Origin: an uncultured Muribaculaceae bacterium
GTDB lineage: Bacteria; Bacteroidota; Bacteroidia; Bacteroidales; Muribaculaceae
Direction of reading: 5' to 3'
Assembly: GCA_964562375.1 (NCBI GenBank)
Contig: CAZLSW010000001.1
Location: forward strand, 32,871 to 96,870
DNA: 64,000 nt
Of this stretch, positions 29,648-38,695 are shown one piece after another; the first letter of the stretch is position 1; every line of letters begins with the position of its first letter. Both the position numbers and the translations under genes were made by a program. Under the pieces are notes generated by a model, which saw nothing but the letters and a program-made list of their open reading frames with translations, was not told where the DNA came from and searched no databases.

Positions 29648-30880
29648 ATGGTTCTGAATTATATATGGGTGGCGTTTTTCCTGGTGGCCGCGCTGGTGGC
29701 TATCGGAAAGACCATCTTTTGCGGCGACTATCAGGTGTGGAGCGACATCATGAGCGCATCGTTCACCTCGGCGGGCAACGCTTTTGAAATAGCTCTCGGC
29801 CTTACCGGCATCCTCTCCCTTTGGCTCGGACTGATGAAAATCGGCGAGCGGGGTGGGGTAGTGGAGTTCCTCGGCCGCGCCATCTCGCCCTTGTTCTCAC
29901 GGTTGTTTCCGGGAGTGCCCAAGGGTCACCCCGCTATGGGCTCGATTTTCATGAATGTCTCGGCCAACATGCTCGGCCTCGACAACGCCGCCACGCCGAT
30001 GGGTCTTAAGGCTATGCAGGAGTTGCAAAGCCTCAACAAAGAAAAGGACACCGCTACCGACGCGATGATCATGTTCCTTATCTTGAACGCCTCGGGCCTG
30101 TGCTTCATACCCATTTCTATAATGATGTATCGTGCGCAGGCGGGAGCCGCCAATCCCACCGACGTGTTCCTCCCCATCTTGCTCGCCACGTTCATCGCCA
30201 CGTTCGTGGGAATCATCACCCTTTGCATCAAGCAGCGCATCCGGTTGATGGATCCCGTGCTGCTGTCGTGGCTAGGCGGGATGGCGCTGATCATCCTCGG
30301 TATCGTGTGGTTTTTCTCGGCATTGCCCCAGGAGGCCGTGCAGGTCTACTCGGGTTTTATCGCCAATTTCCTCCTATTGGGCGTGATTGTCGCTTTCCTT
30401 GTTGCCGGGTTGTTCAAGAAGATTAATATGTACAACACCTTTATCGAGGGGGCCAAGGAGGGATTCAAGACGGCCGTGATGATTATCCCTTACTTGGTGG
30501 CAATCTTGGTGGCCATCGGCATGTTCCGCGCCTCGGGGGCTATGGACGTTATCACCGACGGCTTGGAGGCGTTCGTCACATGGCTGGGAATCGACGCGCA
30601 ATGGGTAGCCGCGTTGCCCACGGCATTAATGAAGCCGTTGAGCGGCTCAGGGTCACGCGGCATGATGGTGGACTTGATGAACACCTACGGCGCCGACGCG
30701 TTCGTGTCGCGCGTCTCTGCGGCCATCCAGGGATCGACCGACACGATGTTCTATGTGCTCGCTGTCTATTTTGGATCGGTGGGCGTTACCAAGACGCGCT
30801 ACGCTGTCCCCTACGCGTTGCTGGCCGATGTCACCGGCTCCATCGCCGGCATCATCGCCGCCTACATTTTCTTCGGATAA
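29648..30880 (+). CDS. Nucleoside-recognition (Gate) domain membrane protein, fused SpmA/SpmB-like
   Basis: 410-aa polytopic membrane protein with two Gate-like halves. Family assigned by resemblance. Confidence 0.6.
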   Translation: MVLNYIWVAFFLVAALVAIGKTIFCGDYQVWSDIMSASFTSAGNAFEIALGLTGILSLWLGLMKIGERGGVVEFLGRAISPLFSRLFPGVPKGHPAMGSIFMNVSANMLGLDNAATPMGLKAMQELQSLNKEKDTATDAMIMFLILNASGLCFIPISIMMYRAQAGAANPTDVFLPILLATFIATFVGIITLCIKQRIRLMDPVLLSWLGGMALIILGIVWFFSALPQEAVQVYSGFIANFLLLGVIVAFLVAGLFKKINMYNTFIEGAKEGFKTAVMIIPYLVAILVAIGMFRASGAMDVITDGLEAFVTWLGIDAQWVAALPTALMKPLSGSGSRGMMVDLMNTYGADAFVSRVSAAIQGSTDTMFYVLAVYFGSVGVTKTRYAVPYALLADVTGSIAGIIAAYIFFG

Positions 30881-30960
30881 AAAATCCCTTAAGATTTTAA
30901 AATTAGATTTGTATCATTCGTAGTCAATCTTGGATAGGGTAGGGGAGAGGCTCCCTGCGA

Positions 30961-30997
30961 CAAGCCACGGTGCCCCGCGGCCGAGCCGCGGTGGTTC
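30961..30997. repeat. CCGCGG-type palindromic element (CAAGCCAC.GTGCCCCGCGG...CCGCGGTGGT)
   Basis: Same element as 49997-50032 and 53405-53442. Stem CCACGGTGCCCCGCGG / CCGCGGTGG. Confidence 0.8.
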
Positions 30998-31171
30998 CTA
31001 ATACCCCAAAATCCTCGCGAAAATCACGACCTCCTTCCCGTAAAAATTGAAATTTTAAAATCTCGCAAGCCATTAACGAACATTAAAGCGTTGTAAATTA
31101 ATTCATTAAGTTAAAAATCCTCGCTTACCGAAATCCCTCAAAAAAATCGCTGACGGCTCAAAAATCCTCAA

Positions 31172-31203
31172 TTTGCATTTTTCAAGCCGTTTTATTAACT
31201 TTG
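31172..31203 (+). promoter_or_regulatory. Bacteroidetes sigma-A-type promoter (-33 TTTG, -7 TAACTTTG) for ybeY-mnmG
   Basis: TTTG at 31172-31175 and TAACTTTG at 31196-31203 with 20-nt spacing, 20 nt upstream of the ybeY ATG. Confidence 0.6.
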
Positions 31204-31222
31204 TGGGTTATTTTGCATAATT

Positions 31223-31675
31223 ATGGCTCGATTTCAATGGCTCGCCGACGGGGTCAAGCTCCCGGAGCTCGACTACCCTCTGTTAGAAAAATGGATTGAC
31301 ACAGTGGTTGCGTCATTTCAACGCATCACTGGCCCCGTCACATATATTTTCTGCGACGACCCGAAAATCCTCCGAGTAAATCTCGAGTTCCTCCAGCACG
31401 ATTACTTCACCGACATTATCACCTTCGACTATTGCCGGGGCGCGCTCGTGCGTGGCGACATCTTCATCTCCCTCGACACCGTTGCCAGCAACGCCAAGCA
31501 GGTTGGCGCCCCTTACGACCAGGAATTGCGCCGCGTGATAATCCACGGTATACTCCACCTTTGCGGGATAGATGATAAAGGTCCTGGTGAACGCGAGATT
31601 ATGGAAGCCCACGAGAATCGTGCCTTGGCAATGCTTGATAATCTCGAAAAAACTACGGAAAGCGATGAAATTTAA
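31223..31675 (+). CDS. ybeY: rRNA maturation RNase YbeY
   Basis: HGILHLCGIDD metal-binding motif; 150 aa. Confidence 0.9.
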   Translation: MARFQWLADGVKLPELDYPLLEKWIDTVVASFQRITGPVTYIFCDDPKILRVNLEFLQHDYFTDIITFDYCRGALVRGDIFISLDTVASNAKQVGAPYDQELRRVIIHGILHLCGIDDKGPGEREIMEAHENRALAMLDNLEKTTESDEI

Positions 31676-33542
31676 TTACGATGTGATAGTGGTAGGCGCC
31701 GGGCATGCCGGTTGCGAGGCGGCAATGGCGGCTTCGCGGCTCGGCGCGTCAACGCTGTTGATCACTATCGACATGAACAAAATCGCCCAGATGAGCTGCA
31801 ACCCAGCCGTCGGGGGCATCGCCAAAGGCCAGATCGTGCGGGAAATCGACGCCATGGGTGGCCATATGGGAATCATCACCGACCGATCGGCGATACAGTT
31901 CCGTATGCTCAACCGCTCGAAAGGTCCGGCAATGTGGAGTCCGCGTTCGCAGTGCGACCGTATGAAATTCTCACTCCTTTGGCGACACACGCTCGAAAAC
32001 GCCCCTAACTTGTACATGTGGCAGGACAACGTCACCTCGCTGCTCATCGAGGATGGCAAGCTCGCGGGAGTAAAAACCGCCCTCGGTGTTGAGTTTCGCT
32101 CAAAGGCAGTTGTGCTTACCGCCGGCACTTTCCTCAACGGATTGATGCACGTGGGGCGCGCCCAGGTGAAAGGTGGCCGCGTGGCCGAGCCAGCTTCGCA
32201 CGGCATCACCGAACAGTTGCGCGACCTGGGTTTCGCCACCGACCGAATGAAGACCGGCACGCCTGTGCGCATCGACGCACGCTCGGTCGACTGGTCGCTC
32301 ACTACCGAGCAACTCGGCGACAACGATTTCCATAAATTCTCCTACCTCCCCGAGGTGCGACGTGAGTTGCGACAACTCCCATGCGCTATCGTATACACCA
32401 ACGAGCGCACCCACGATGTGCTGCGCGCAGGATTGCCCGACTCTCCTCTTTACAACGGCCAAATCCAGAGCATCGGTCCGCGCTACTGTCCCAGTATCGA
32501 AACAAAGATCGTCACCTTCGCCGACAAAACCGAGCATCAGCTCTTCCTCGAGCCGGAAGGCGAGGATACCCAAGAATACTACCTCAACGGCTTCTCATCG
32601 TCGCTTCCCCTGAAAGTGCAGATTGAAGCCTTGCAGACAATCCCCGCGCTGCGCGACGTACACATTTACCGTCCGGGTTACGCCATCGAATACGACTTCT
32701 TCGACCCGACCCAACTCTACCACACACTCGAAACCAAACTCCTCCCGGGACTCTTTTTCGCCGGTCAGGTCAACGGTACCACGGGATACGAAGAAGCCGC
32801 GGGCCAAGGCCTGGTGGCAGGTGCCAACGCCGCTTTGAAGGTGCAGGGTAGGGGGGAGTTCACCCTCTCCCGCGACGAAAGCTACATTGGAGTGCTTATC
32901 GACGACCTCGTCACCAAGGGGGTCGACGAGCCTTACCGAATGTTCACCTCACGCGCTGAGTACCGCATACTCCTACGCCAGGACGACGCCGCCATGCGCC
33001 TCACCCCAAAAGCCTACGCCGTCGGTCTGGTTGACGAGCGTCGCTACCAACTTACCGAACGCAAGCGCGCCCTGCGCGACTCCCTAATAGAATTTGCTCG
33101 CCGCTACTCAATCAAGGCGGCGCTGATCAACCCCGCGCTTGAGCAACTTGGCACCGCGCCCCTCACCCAAGGCACGCGCCTCTACGATCTGCTCCTGCGT
33201 CCTCAGTTATCCATCCCCGCGCTTGTCCCCCTTATCGACGCCCTCCGCCGCCGCGTGGAGGAGATTCCCAATGACCTGCGCGACGAAGTGGTGGAGTGCG
33301 CCGAAATCCTCATCAAGTACCAAGGTTACATCGACCGCGAGGCTCAAATCGCCCAAAAGCTGCGACGCCTCGAGGAGGTGAAACTCGGCGACCGTTTCGA
33401 CTACTCCACCATCCACCAGCTCTCCACCGAGGCCCGACAAAAGCTCGCGAAAATCCAGCCCGCGACCGTCGGACAAGCCTCCCGAATCCCCGGCATTTCC
33501 CCCAGCGACATAAACATCCTTCTGTTGCTGTTGGGACGCTAA
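31665..33542 (+). CDS. mnmG: tRNA uridine 5-carboxymethylaminomethyl modification enzyme MnmG (GidA)
   Basis: MKFNYDVIVVGAGHAGCEAA FAD fold; 625 aa. The ATG at 31665 overlaps the ybeY end; the ORF is open from 31572. Confidence 0.96.
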   Translation: MKFNYDVIVVGAGHAGCEAAMAASRLGASTLLITIDMNKIAQMSCNPAVGGIAKGQIVREIDAMGGHMGIITDRSAIQFRMLNRSKGPAMWSPRSQCDRMKFSLLWRHTLENAPNLYMWQDNVTSLLIEDGKLAGVKTALGVEFRSKAVVLTAGTFLNGLMHVGRAQVKGGRVAEPASHGITEQLRDLGFATDRMKTGTPVRIDARSVDWSLTTEQLGDNDFHKFSYLPEVRRELRQLPCAIVYTNERTHDVLRAGLPDSPLYNGQIQSIGPRYCPSIETKIVTFADKTEHQLFLEPEGEDTQEYYLNGFSSSLPLKVQIEALQTIPALRDVHIYRPGYAIEYDFFDPTQLYHTLETKLLPGLFFAGQVNGTTGYEEAAGQGLVAGANAALKVQGRGEFTLSRDESYIGVLIDDLVTKGVDEPYRMFTSRAEYRILLRQDDAAMRLTPKAYAVGLVDERRYQLTERKRALRDSLIEFARRYSIKAALINPALEQLGTAPLTQGTRLYDLLLRPQLSIPALVPLIDALRRRVEEIPNDLRDEVVECAEILIKYQGYIDREAQIAQKLRRLEEVKLGDRFDYSTIHQLSTEARQKLAKIQPATVGQASRIPGISPSDINILLLLLGR

Positions 33543-33632
33543 ATAGGAAGTCCCGCCAGCACGGCAGGACAGTAAAACAGGTCTCCTACAATAGGAGAAT
33601 GGAAGCCGGCTCGACCCGGCCCCGACAATAAA
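33543..33632. repeat. REP-like variant (GTCCCGCCAGCACGGCAGGAC) plus a second-family element directly after the mnmG stop
   Basis: The TAA stop of mnmG is followed by ATAGGAAGTCCCGCC.... ATGGAAGCCGGCTCGACCCGGCCCCGACAA matches 23644-23673. Confidence 0.8.
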
Positions 33633-33634
33633 AT

Positions 33635-33650
33635 TGTTTCACGTGAAACA
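33635..33650. promoter_or_regulatory. parS: parS centromere-like site
   Basis: TGTTTCACGTGAAACA is a perfect 16-bp palindrome identical to the canonical ParB-binding parS consensus. parAB is 22 kb away in this window. Confidence 0.8.
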
Positions 33651-33706
33651 TTCATAACTCCAAGAAAATCAATTAACAAATATTTACCCCCCCTCTCCTC
33701 GACTGT

Positions 33707-33827
33707 CGTTTACTCGTTCATTCGTTTACTCGTTCATTCGTTAATTCGTATACTCGTGTACTCGTGTACTCGTTCACTCGAAAACCAAAAACCAAAAACC
33801 AAAAACTAGAAACTAGAAACTAGAAAC
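33707..33827 (+). repeat. Modular leader array upstream of apt: nine 8-mers (CGTTTACT/CGTTCATT/CGTGTACT), (AAAACCA)x3, (AACTAGA)x3
   Basis: Read directly. Same 8-mer-then-7-mer order as upstream of leuS and the acyl-CoA synthetase gene. Ends 16 nt before the apt ATG. Confidence 0.9.
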
Positions 33828-33842
33828 TTTAAAACTAAAATA

Positions 33843-34361
33843 ATGGAATACATTAAGAAAAAAATCCGCGACGTCCTCGATTTCCCCCAGAAGGGAATCG
33901 TCTTCAAGGACCTTACCACGGCGTTCAAGGATCCCCGCGCACTCCACATCATCGGCTGGGATCTCTCCCAACTCTACCGCGACAAAGGCGTAACCAAGGT
34001 TGTAGGAATCGAAAGCCGCGGCTTTATCGGCGGCTCCATCCTCGCCTTCGAATTAGGCGCCGGTTTCGTCCCCTGCCGCAAACCCGGCAAACTCCCCGCC
34101 GATACCATCTCGGCCTCCTATGACAAAGAATACGGCAAGGACGTAATTGAGATTCACCGCGACGCTATCACCGAGGACGACATCGTAGTCCTCCACGACG
34201 ACGTGCTCGCAACCGGTGGCACTATGGCAGCCGCCTACGACCTCGTATCGCAGCTCCATCCCAAGAAAATCTACATCAATTTCATCATCGAATTGACCGC
34301 CCTCAACGGCCGCTCAGTGCTCCCCCCCGACGCCGAAGTTACCTCCCTTATCCAGTATTAA
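33843..34361 (+). CDS. apt: Adenine phosphoribosyltransferase
   Basis: 172 aa with PRPP-binding VLHDDVLATGGT. Confidence 0.93.
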   Translation: MEYIKKKIRDVLDFPQKGIVFKDLTTAFKDPRALHIIGWDLSQLYRDKGVTKVVGIESRGFIGGSILAFELGAGFVPCRKPGKLPADTISASYDKEYGKDVIEIHRDAITEDDIVVLHDDVLATGGTMAAAYDLVSQLHPKKIYINFIIELTALNGRSVLPPDAEVTSLIQY

Positions 34362-34364
34362 CAA

Positions 34365-34389
34365 AGAGGGCGCCGCACGGCGTCCTCTT
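34365..34389 (+). terminator. Stem-loop after apt
   Basis: AGAGGGCGCC-GCAC-GGCGTCCTCT (one mismatch) followed by TTT, 4 nt after the stop. Confidence 0.55.
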
Positions 34390-34482
34390 TAGGCGGACCG
34401 TCGTTCGACGGTCATATAAATTTATCACGCGGATTCATATCGATAACAAATCGATTAAAATCCGCGTGATAAGTTTTTATAG

Positions 34483-34586
34483 CTGTCGGGCCGACACGGC
34501 CCGACCTCCTTCCTAAGCTAAGTAGGAGGTCCCGCCGTGTCGGCGGGACTGTTTTTCTGTCGGGCCGACACGGCCCGACTTCCTGT
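34483..34586. repeat. REP-like palindrome cluster (3 copies, alternating orientation)
   Basis: CTGTCGGGCCGACACGGCCCGACCTCCT, AGGAGGTCCCGCCGTGTCGGCGGGACTG and CTGTCGGGCCGACACGGCCCGACTTCCT. Confidence 0.92.
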
Positions 34587-34597
34587 CTAACCCTAGG

Positions 34598-36157
34598 CTA
34601 TTTCTTCAGCTTCTTCACGCTGCCGTCGGTGTAGCGAACGATGTTTACACCCGGCTGCACACCGTCGCGCAAGCGTCCCTGCAAGTCGTAAACAGCCTCT
34701 ATCTCGGCTTCGTCAAGCGACACATTCTCCACGCCCGTCGGGGTGGGGTGGCTAAACTCCATCGGCACGGTATAAAGCGTCAAAGGAAGCCCTAAAAAAT
34801 CGGCTGAGGCATTAAACAGCTCGTTGGAGAGCGAAGCATAGAGTGTGACCTTCTTGTCGCCATCGGTGTCGTAGACGTTGAAAATCTGATCGGAGATATT
34901 GAATTTCTTGTCAAGATCGGTTTGCTCAAACGCCCCGTAGGTGGCCTCATAGGCCGTGCTGTTGGCCTCCTTATAGTCCTTGAACGAAATGTAGAAACCC
35001 GAGTCGAGCTTCACGCCCTCGCGTGCCGTGTCGGTGCCAAACGGCGAGGGTGCATACCACGGCCCATAAGGATAATCCTCCACAGTGCCCAGGGTTGTAG
35101 AGTCATACACATAGAAACCGTTAAGCGTAGTCGGATAAGTTGTCCCGCTGAACGTTACAGGCTGCATATACTCGCTCAAATCCACGTAGAGTTCGTTGTA
35201 CGGCACCGTGATCTTGCGTTGCATGCAAGTGATGAAATAAAATGGGTAGATGCCATTAGTAGCCAAGACGGTTGGGCGCGTTTCCGACCATTTGATTGTG
35301 TGGAAAGCCAATTGATTTCCTTCAACAATGTAAAATGTGACATCCACATTGTTAGACAGGTCGATCGATTTAAGCTCAGCAAATTCGGCCATAAATTGTT
35401 GCAACCCCGTGGCTCCGCTCAAGTCCACTTTCTCAATCAATGTTTCCGAGATGTTAATGTCGTGCATCTTGGTGCAATTGGCCACGTCCAGTTCCTTGAT
35501 ATCATTTTGGCTCACTATAAGTTGCGTGAGCTCGGTGAGCATGCTCACGTCAAGTCTGGTCAGTTTGTTCTCGTTGCAAATCAATGAATAGATTTGGGGG
35601 CATTTGCTCACGTCGAGCGACTCTAAAAGATTGTTGCCGACATCAATCTGTCGCAGTTTTGTGCACTGGGAGAGGTCCAATTCTTTCAGCTTATTATATT
35701 GCAGAAAAAGGCTGACCAACTCAGTGTTCTTAGTCAGGTCAAGCGTCTCGATAGCTTGCTGGAATTTCAGGGTTAACGAGGTAAGCGCCGGGTCGCCTGT
35801 AACGTCAATAGCGGTGATTGGGTTGCTGTCGGGGAGAGTCTCGCCTCCCGACTCAACATCACATTTCTTGGTGAATGAGGTCACGCCCACTCCGTCCTCG
35901 GCGGTAATTACCCACGTCTCGTCGGCCGTCTCCGGGGTAATTGTGACTTCGGTGGCCGTGCCGGAACCGATGGTTACTGTGGTGCCCGAGTCGGCACCCT
36001 GCTTCTTTACCGTGACTTCGCCCGTGCCGTTAAGGGCGATTTTAGTAGACGATGTGGTGGAGAGTGTGAATGAAATCAAGGTGTTTTCTTCGCCGTGGGC
36101 CATAAGGCTGGCGGCCGCTAAAATACCCGAAAAAGCCATGATCTTCAACGCTTTCAT
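34598..36157 (-). CDS. Leucine-rich-repeat surface protein (BspA-like) with probable T9SS C-terminal domain
   Basis: Signal peptide, about 8 LRR units (L..LD(L/V)S.C..L..L) and a C-terminal ...VYDLQGRL...VNIVRYTDGSVKKLKK beta-sandwich-like tail. Confidence 0.7.
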   Translation of the reverse strand: MKALKIMAFSGILAAASLMAHGEENTLISFTLSTTSSTKIALNGTGEVTVKKQGADSGTTVTIGSGTATEVTITPETADETWVITAEDGVGVTSFTKKCDVESGGETLPDSNPITAIDVTGDPALTSLTLKFQQAIETLDLTKNTELVSLFLQYNKLKELDLSQCTKLRQIDVGNNLLESLDVSKCPQIYSLICNENKLTRLDVSMLTELTQLIVSQNDIKELDVANCTKMHDINISETLIEKVDLSGATGLQQFMAEFAELKSIDLSNNVDVTFYIVEGNQLAFHTIKWSETRPTVLATNGIYPFYFITCMQRKITVPYNELYVDLSEYMQPVTFSGTTYPTTLNGFYVYDSTTLGTVEDYPYGPWYAPSPFGTDTAREGVKLDSGFYISFKDYKEANSTAYEATYGAFEQTDLDKKFNISDQIFNVYDTDGDKKVTLYASLSNELFNASADFLGLPLTLYTVPMEFSHPTPTGVENVSLDEAEIEAVYDLQGRLRDGVQPGVNIVRYTDGSVKKLKK

Positions 36158-36357
36158 AGAATGAATCGTTTTAGTAGGATGAATTATGTGTGTCTAAAAA
36201 TTTACTTCCTTGTTTGTCCCGCAAAAATATATATTAATTTACCCCCCCATTTAAATTTAACACTCATTAACTCTTCCCTCCATCAAGGAGCGTGGGCTTC
36301 CCCCCGATAGCGCACTCCCTTGCTCCTTATTATCTGAATGCAATTCACCGAATTTGC

Positions 36358-36396
36358 AAAAAAATAATCGCTCGCAGGCTATTGCCTGCAAGCGAT
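36358..36396 (-). terminator. Rho-independent terminator downstream of tRNA-Pro
   Basis: Minus-strand stem ATCGCTTGCAGGC-AATA-GCCTGCGAGCGAT followed by TTATTTTTTT. Confidence 0.8.
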
Positions 36397-36412
36397 CACT
36401 GCTTCATTTAAG

Positions 36413-36488
36413 TCGGGGTGACTAGATTCGAACTAGCGACCACACGCCCCCCAGACGCGTACTCTAAACCTGGCTGAGCTACACCCCG
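36413..36488 (-). tRNA. tRNA-Pro (anticodon GGG)
   Basis: Hand-folded cloverleaf of 76 nt: acceptor CGGGGTG/CACCCCG, D-arm GCTC..GAGT, anticodon stem CGCGT/GCGTG with loop CTGGGGG, T-arm GCTAG-TTCGAAT-CTAGT. No encoded CCA. Confidence 0.85.
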
Positions 36489-36717
36489 ATTCGGTTTTAA
36501 AGCGGTGCAAAGGTAAGGCTATTTTCGTTCACAGCCAAGAAAACCACCCCCAATTAACCTTATTTAACGTCAAACCACTTTTTGGCAACCACTCACCGTT
36601 TAGGGATTTTAACCACGAAAGGACACAAACGGGACACAAACAGTGTTTTGTGTTTTTTGTGTTCTTTTGTGGTCGATACCCTTTTGTGGTCGATACCCTT
36701 TTGTGGTTACTAAGCCT

Positions 36718-37836
36718 TTAGTGGTAGGCGTTGAGGATGCTGGCGATGGCGCGGGCGTCGTCGGGGGTGGTGCAGCGGGTGATGGGCAGGGAGAGGCATT
36801 GGTCGGCTATTTGCTCGGCGAGGGGAAGGGAAAGACCGTTGTAACGGGCGTAGCAGGGCTGCAGGTGGGGAGGGGTGGGGTAGTTGATGTCGGTACCCAC
36901 GCCATGGGCGGTGAGGTATTGGCGCAGGCGGTCGCGCTCGTGGGTGAGGATGACGTATTGGTGCCACACCATCTCGTCGGTGTCGACGAAGAGGGGCTTG
37001 CGCACGGCCGTGTGGCGGATCTCTTGGTCGTATATGCGGGCAATCTCGCGGCGATAACCATTCTCGGCGGCAGTGTGGGGGAGCTTGACGTTGATGCATG
37101 CTGCCTGTATGGGGTCGAGGCGGCAGTTGAAGCCCTCGTATTCGTTGTGGTAGCGTTGAAAGGAGCCATAGTTGGCCAGAGCGCGAACGGTGCGGGCGAT
37201 GGCTGTGTCGTTGGTCGTGACGCAGCCGGCGTCGCCCAGGGCCCCGATGTTTTTGGTGGGATAGAAGGAGAACCCGGCGGCGTGGCCCAGGCTTCCAGCG
37301 ACTGTGGTGCCGTTGATTCCGGGGATGGGTGACACGGCGCCAATGGCCTGGGCGACATCCTCGACGACGACCAAGCGGTCGGCGAGGGCGTTGTAACGCT
37401 CGTCCCACGCGACGCGGCCGTAAAGGTGGACAACCAGGAGGCTGCGCACCGCGGGGTCGGCGGCGGCCTCCAAAACGCGCTCAGGATCGATGTTGAGCGT
37501 GTCGAGGCGGGGCTCGACAAAAACTGGTTCCAGTCCAGCGTCGGTGACAGCCAAAACCGACGCGATGTAGGTATTGGCCGGAACAAGCACCTTGTCGCCG
37601 GGCTTGAGGCGCCCATGTTCGATGAGGGAGCGGAAAATCAATCGCAGCGCGTCAAGACCATTGCTTACGCCAACGCAGTGGCGCGTCTGGGCCATCTGTG
37701 CCATATTATCCTCAAGTCGCTGACACACAGGGCCTCCAACGTACCATCCCGAGGTGACAACACGCTGGGTGGCGCGCTGTAGCTCTTCCATATAAGGGGC
37801 ATTAACGGTGGCGAGATTGAGGAAAGGATACCGCAT
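36718..37836 (-). CDS. DegT/DnrJ/EryC1 family sugar aminotransferase (FdtB/WecE-like)
   Basis: 372 aa with the PLP-lysine region FSFYPTKNIGALGDAG. Confidence 0.88.
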   Translation of the reverse strand: MRYPFLNLATVNAPYMEELQRATQRVVTSGWYVGGPVCQRLEDNMAQMAQTRHCVGVSNGLDALRLIFRSLIEHGRLKPGDKVLVPANTYIASVLAVTDAGLEPVFVEPRLDTLNIDPERVLEAAADPAVRSLLVVHLYGRVAWDERYNALADRLVVVEDVAQAIGAVSPIPGINGTTVAGSLGHAAGFSFYPTKNIGALGDAGCVTTNDTAIARTVRALANYGSFQRYHNEYEGFNCRLDPIQAACINVKLPHTAAENGYRREIARIYDQEIRHTAVRKPLFVDTDEMVWHQYVILTHERDRLRQYLTAHGVGTDINYPTPPHLQPCYARYNGLSLPLAEQIADQCLSLPITRCTTPDDARAIASILNAYH

Positions 37837-37839
37837 AGG

Positions 37840-38283
37840 TCAATCGTTTCGTTTGGACGATGTAAGTTGCTGAAAATCGGAAAATTGACGCACGTAATCG
37901 CTTTCACGGTACTCGCTGGATGTGAGCACCAGGCATACGCTGCCCGAGGAGAAGTCGTCGATTTCGCGCCAGATTCCCGGCGGGATGTACAGGCCCTCAT
38001 AGGGCCGCGAGAGGAGGAATCGGCGAGAGTCGACGCCGTCGGTGAGGGTGACGGAGAAGCACCCCGCGACGGCAATGATCATCTGATGGTCCTCATGGTG
38101 GGAATGACCTCCTCGCTGAGAGCCGACGGGCACGTCGTATAGGTAGAACACGCGACGAATAGCGAACGGGAGGTCGTCGCCGTTCTCGGCAACGGTGAGC
38201 GAGCCCAGGGCGTGTCGATGCCGCGGAAGAGTGATCATTCGGCACTGGTCAAGGCTGGATGTGGCGTGGCTATTGGTGTCCAT
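37840..38283 (-). CDS. WxcM/FdtA-like sugar 3,4-ketoisomerase cupin, second copy
   Basis: LPFAIRRVFYLYDVPVGSQRGGHSHH...GLYIPPGIWREIDDFS. Start uncertain, with candidates at 38238, 38283 and 38307. Confidence 0.7.
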   Translation of the reverse strand: MDTNSHATSSLDQCRMITLPRHRHALGSLTVAENGDDLPFAIRRVFYLYDVPVGSQRGGHSHHEDHQMIIAVAGCFSVTLTDGVDSRRFLLSRPYEGLYIPPGIWREIDDFSSGSVCLVLTSSEYRESDYVRQFSDFQQLTSSKRND

Positions 38284-38293
38284 GGCGGTGTGG

Positions 38294-38695
38294 CTATTCG
38301 GCTCCATTGAAGTGGTCAAAGAGTTGGAAATCACGTATATAGTCATCCTCGTCGTAGAGGGTGGAGGCGAGAACCATGGCAACCGAGTTGGTGGCGAAGT
38401 CGTCGATCACGCGCCAGTGCAAAGGTGGCACGTGCAGGGCTTGCCAAGGGTGACTGAGGCGGAACTGCTTGGTCTCGCCGCCGGCTGTCACCTCTACTGT
38501 GAAACTGCCGCTGAGAGCCACAATCAGCTCATGTGTCGTGTAATAGGCATGTCCCACACGGCTCTCGCCGGCAGGGACGTCGTACACCCAATAGCACCTG
38601 GCGATCTCGAACGGACATGCCTGGGGATACTGGATGAACGAGAGGTTGCCGCGGGGATCGCTAACCTTCGGAATTTCAATTAGTTTGGCTTCCAT
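38294..38695 (-). CDS. WxcM/FdtA-like sugar 3,4-ketoisomerase cupin, first copy
   Basis: KVSDPRGNLSFIQ...PFEIARCYWVYDVPAGESRVGHAY...ALHVPPLHWRVIDDFS. Its ATG overlaps the upstream stop (TAATG). Confidence 0.8.
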   Translation of the reverse strand: MEAKLIEIPKVSDPRGNLSFIQYPQACPFEIARCYWVYDVPAGESRVGHAYYTTHELIVALSGSFTVEVTAGGETKQFRLSHPWQALHVPPLHWRVIDDFATNSVAMVLASTLYDEDDYIRDFQLFDHFNGAE

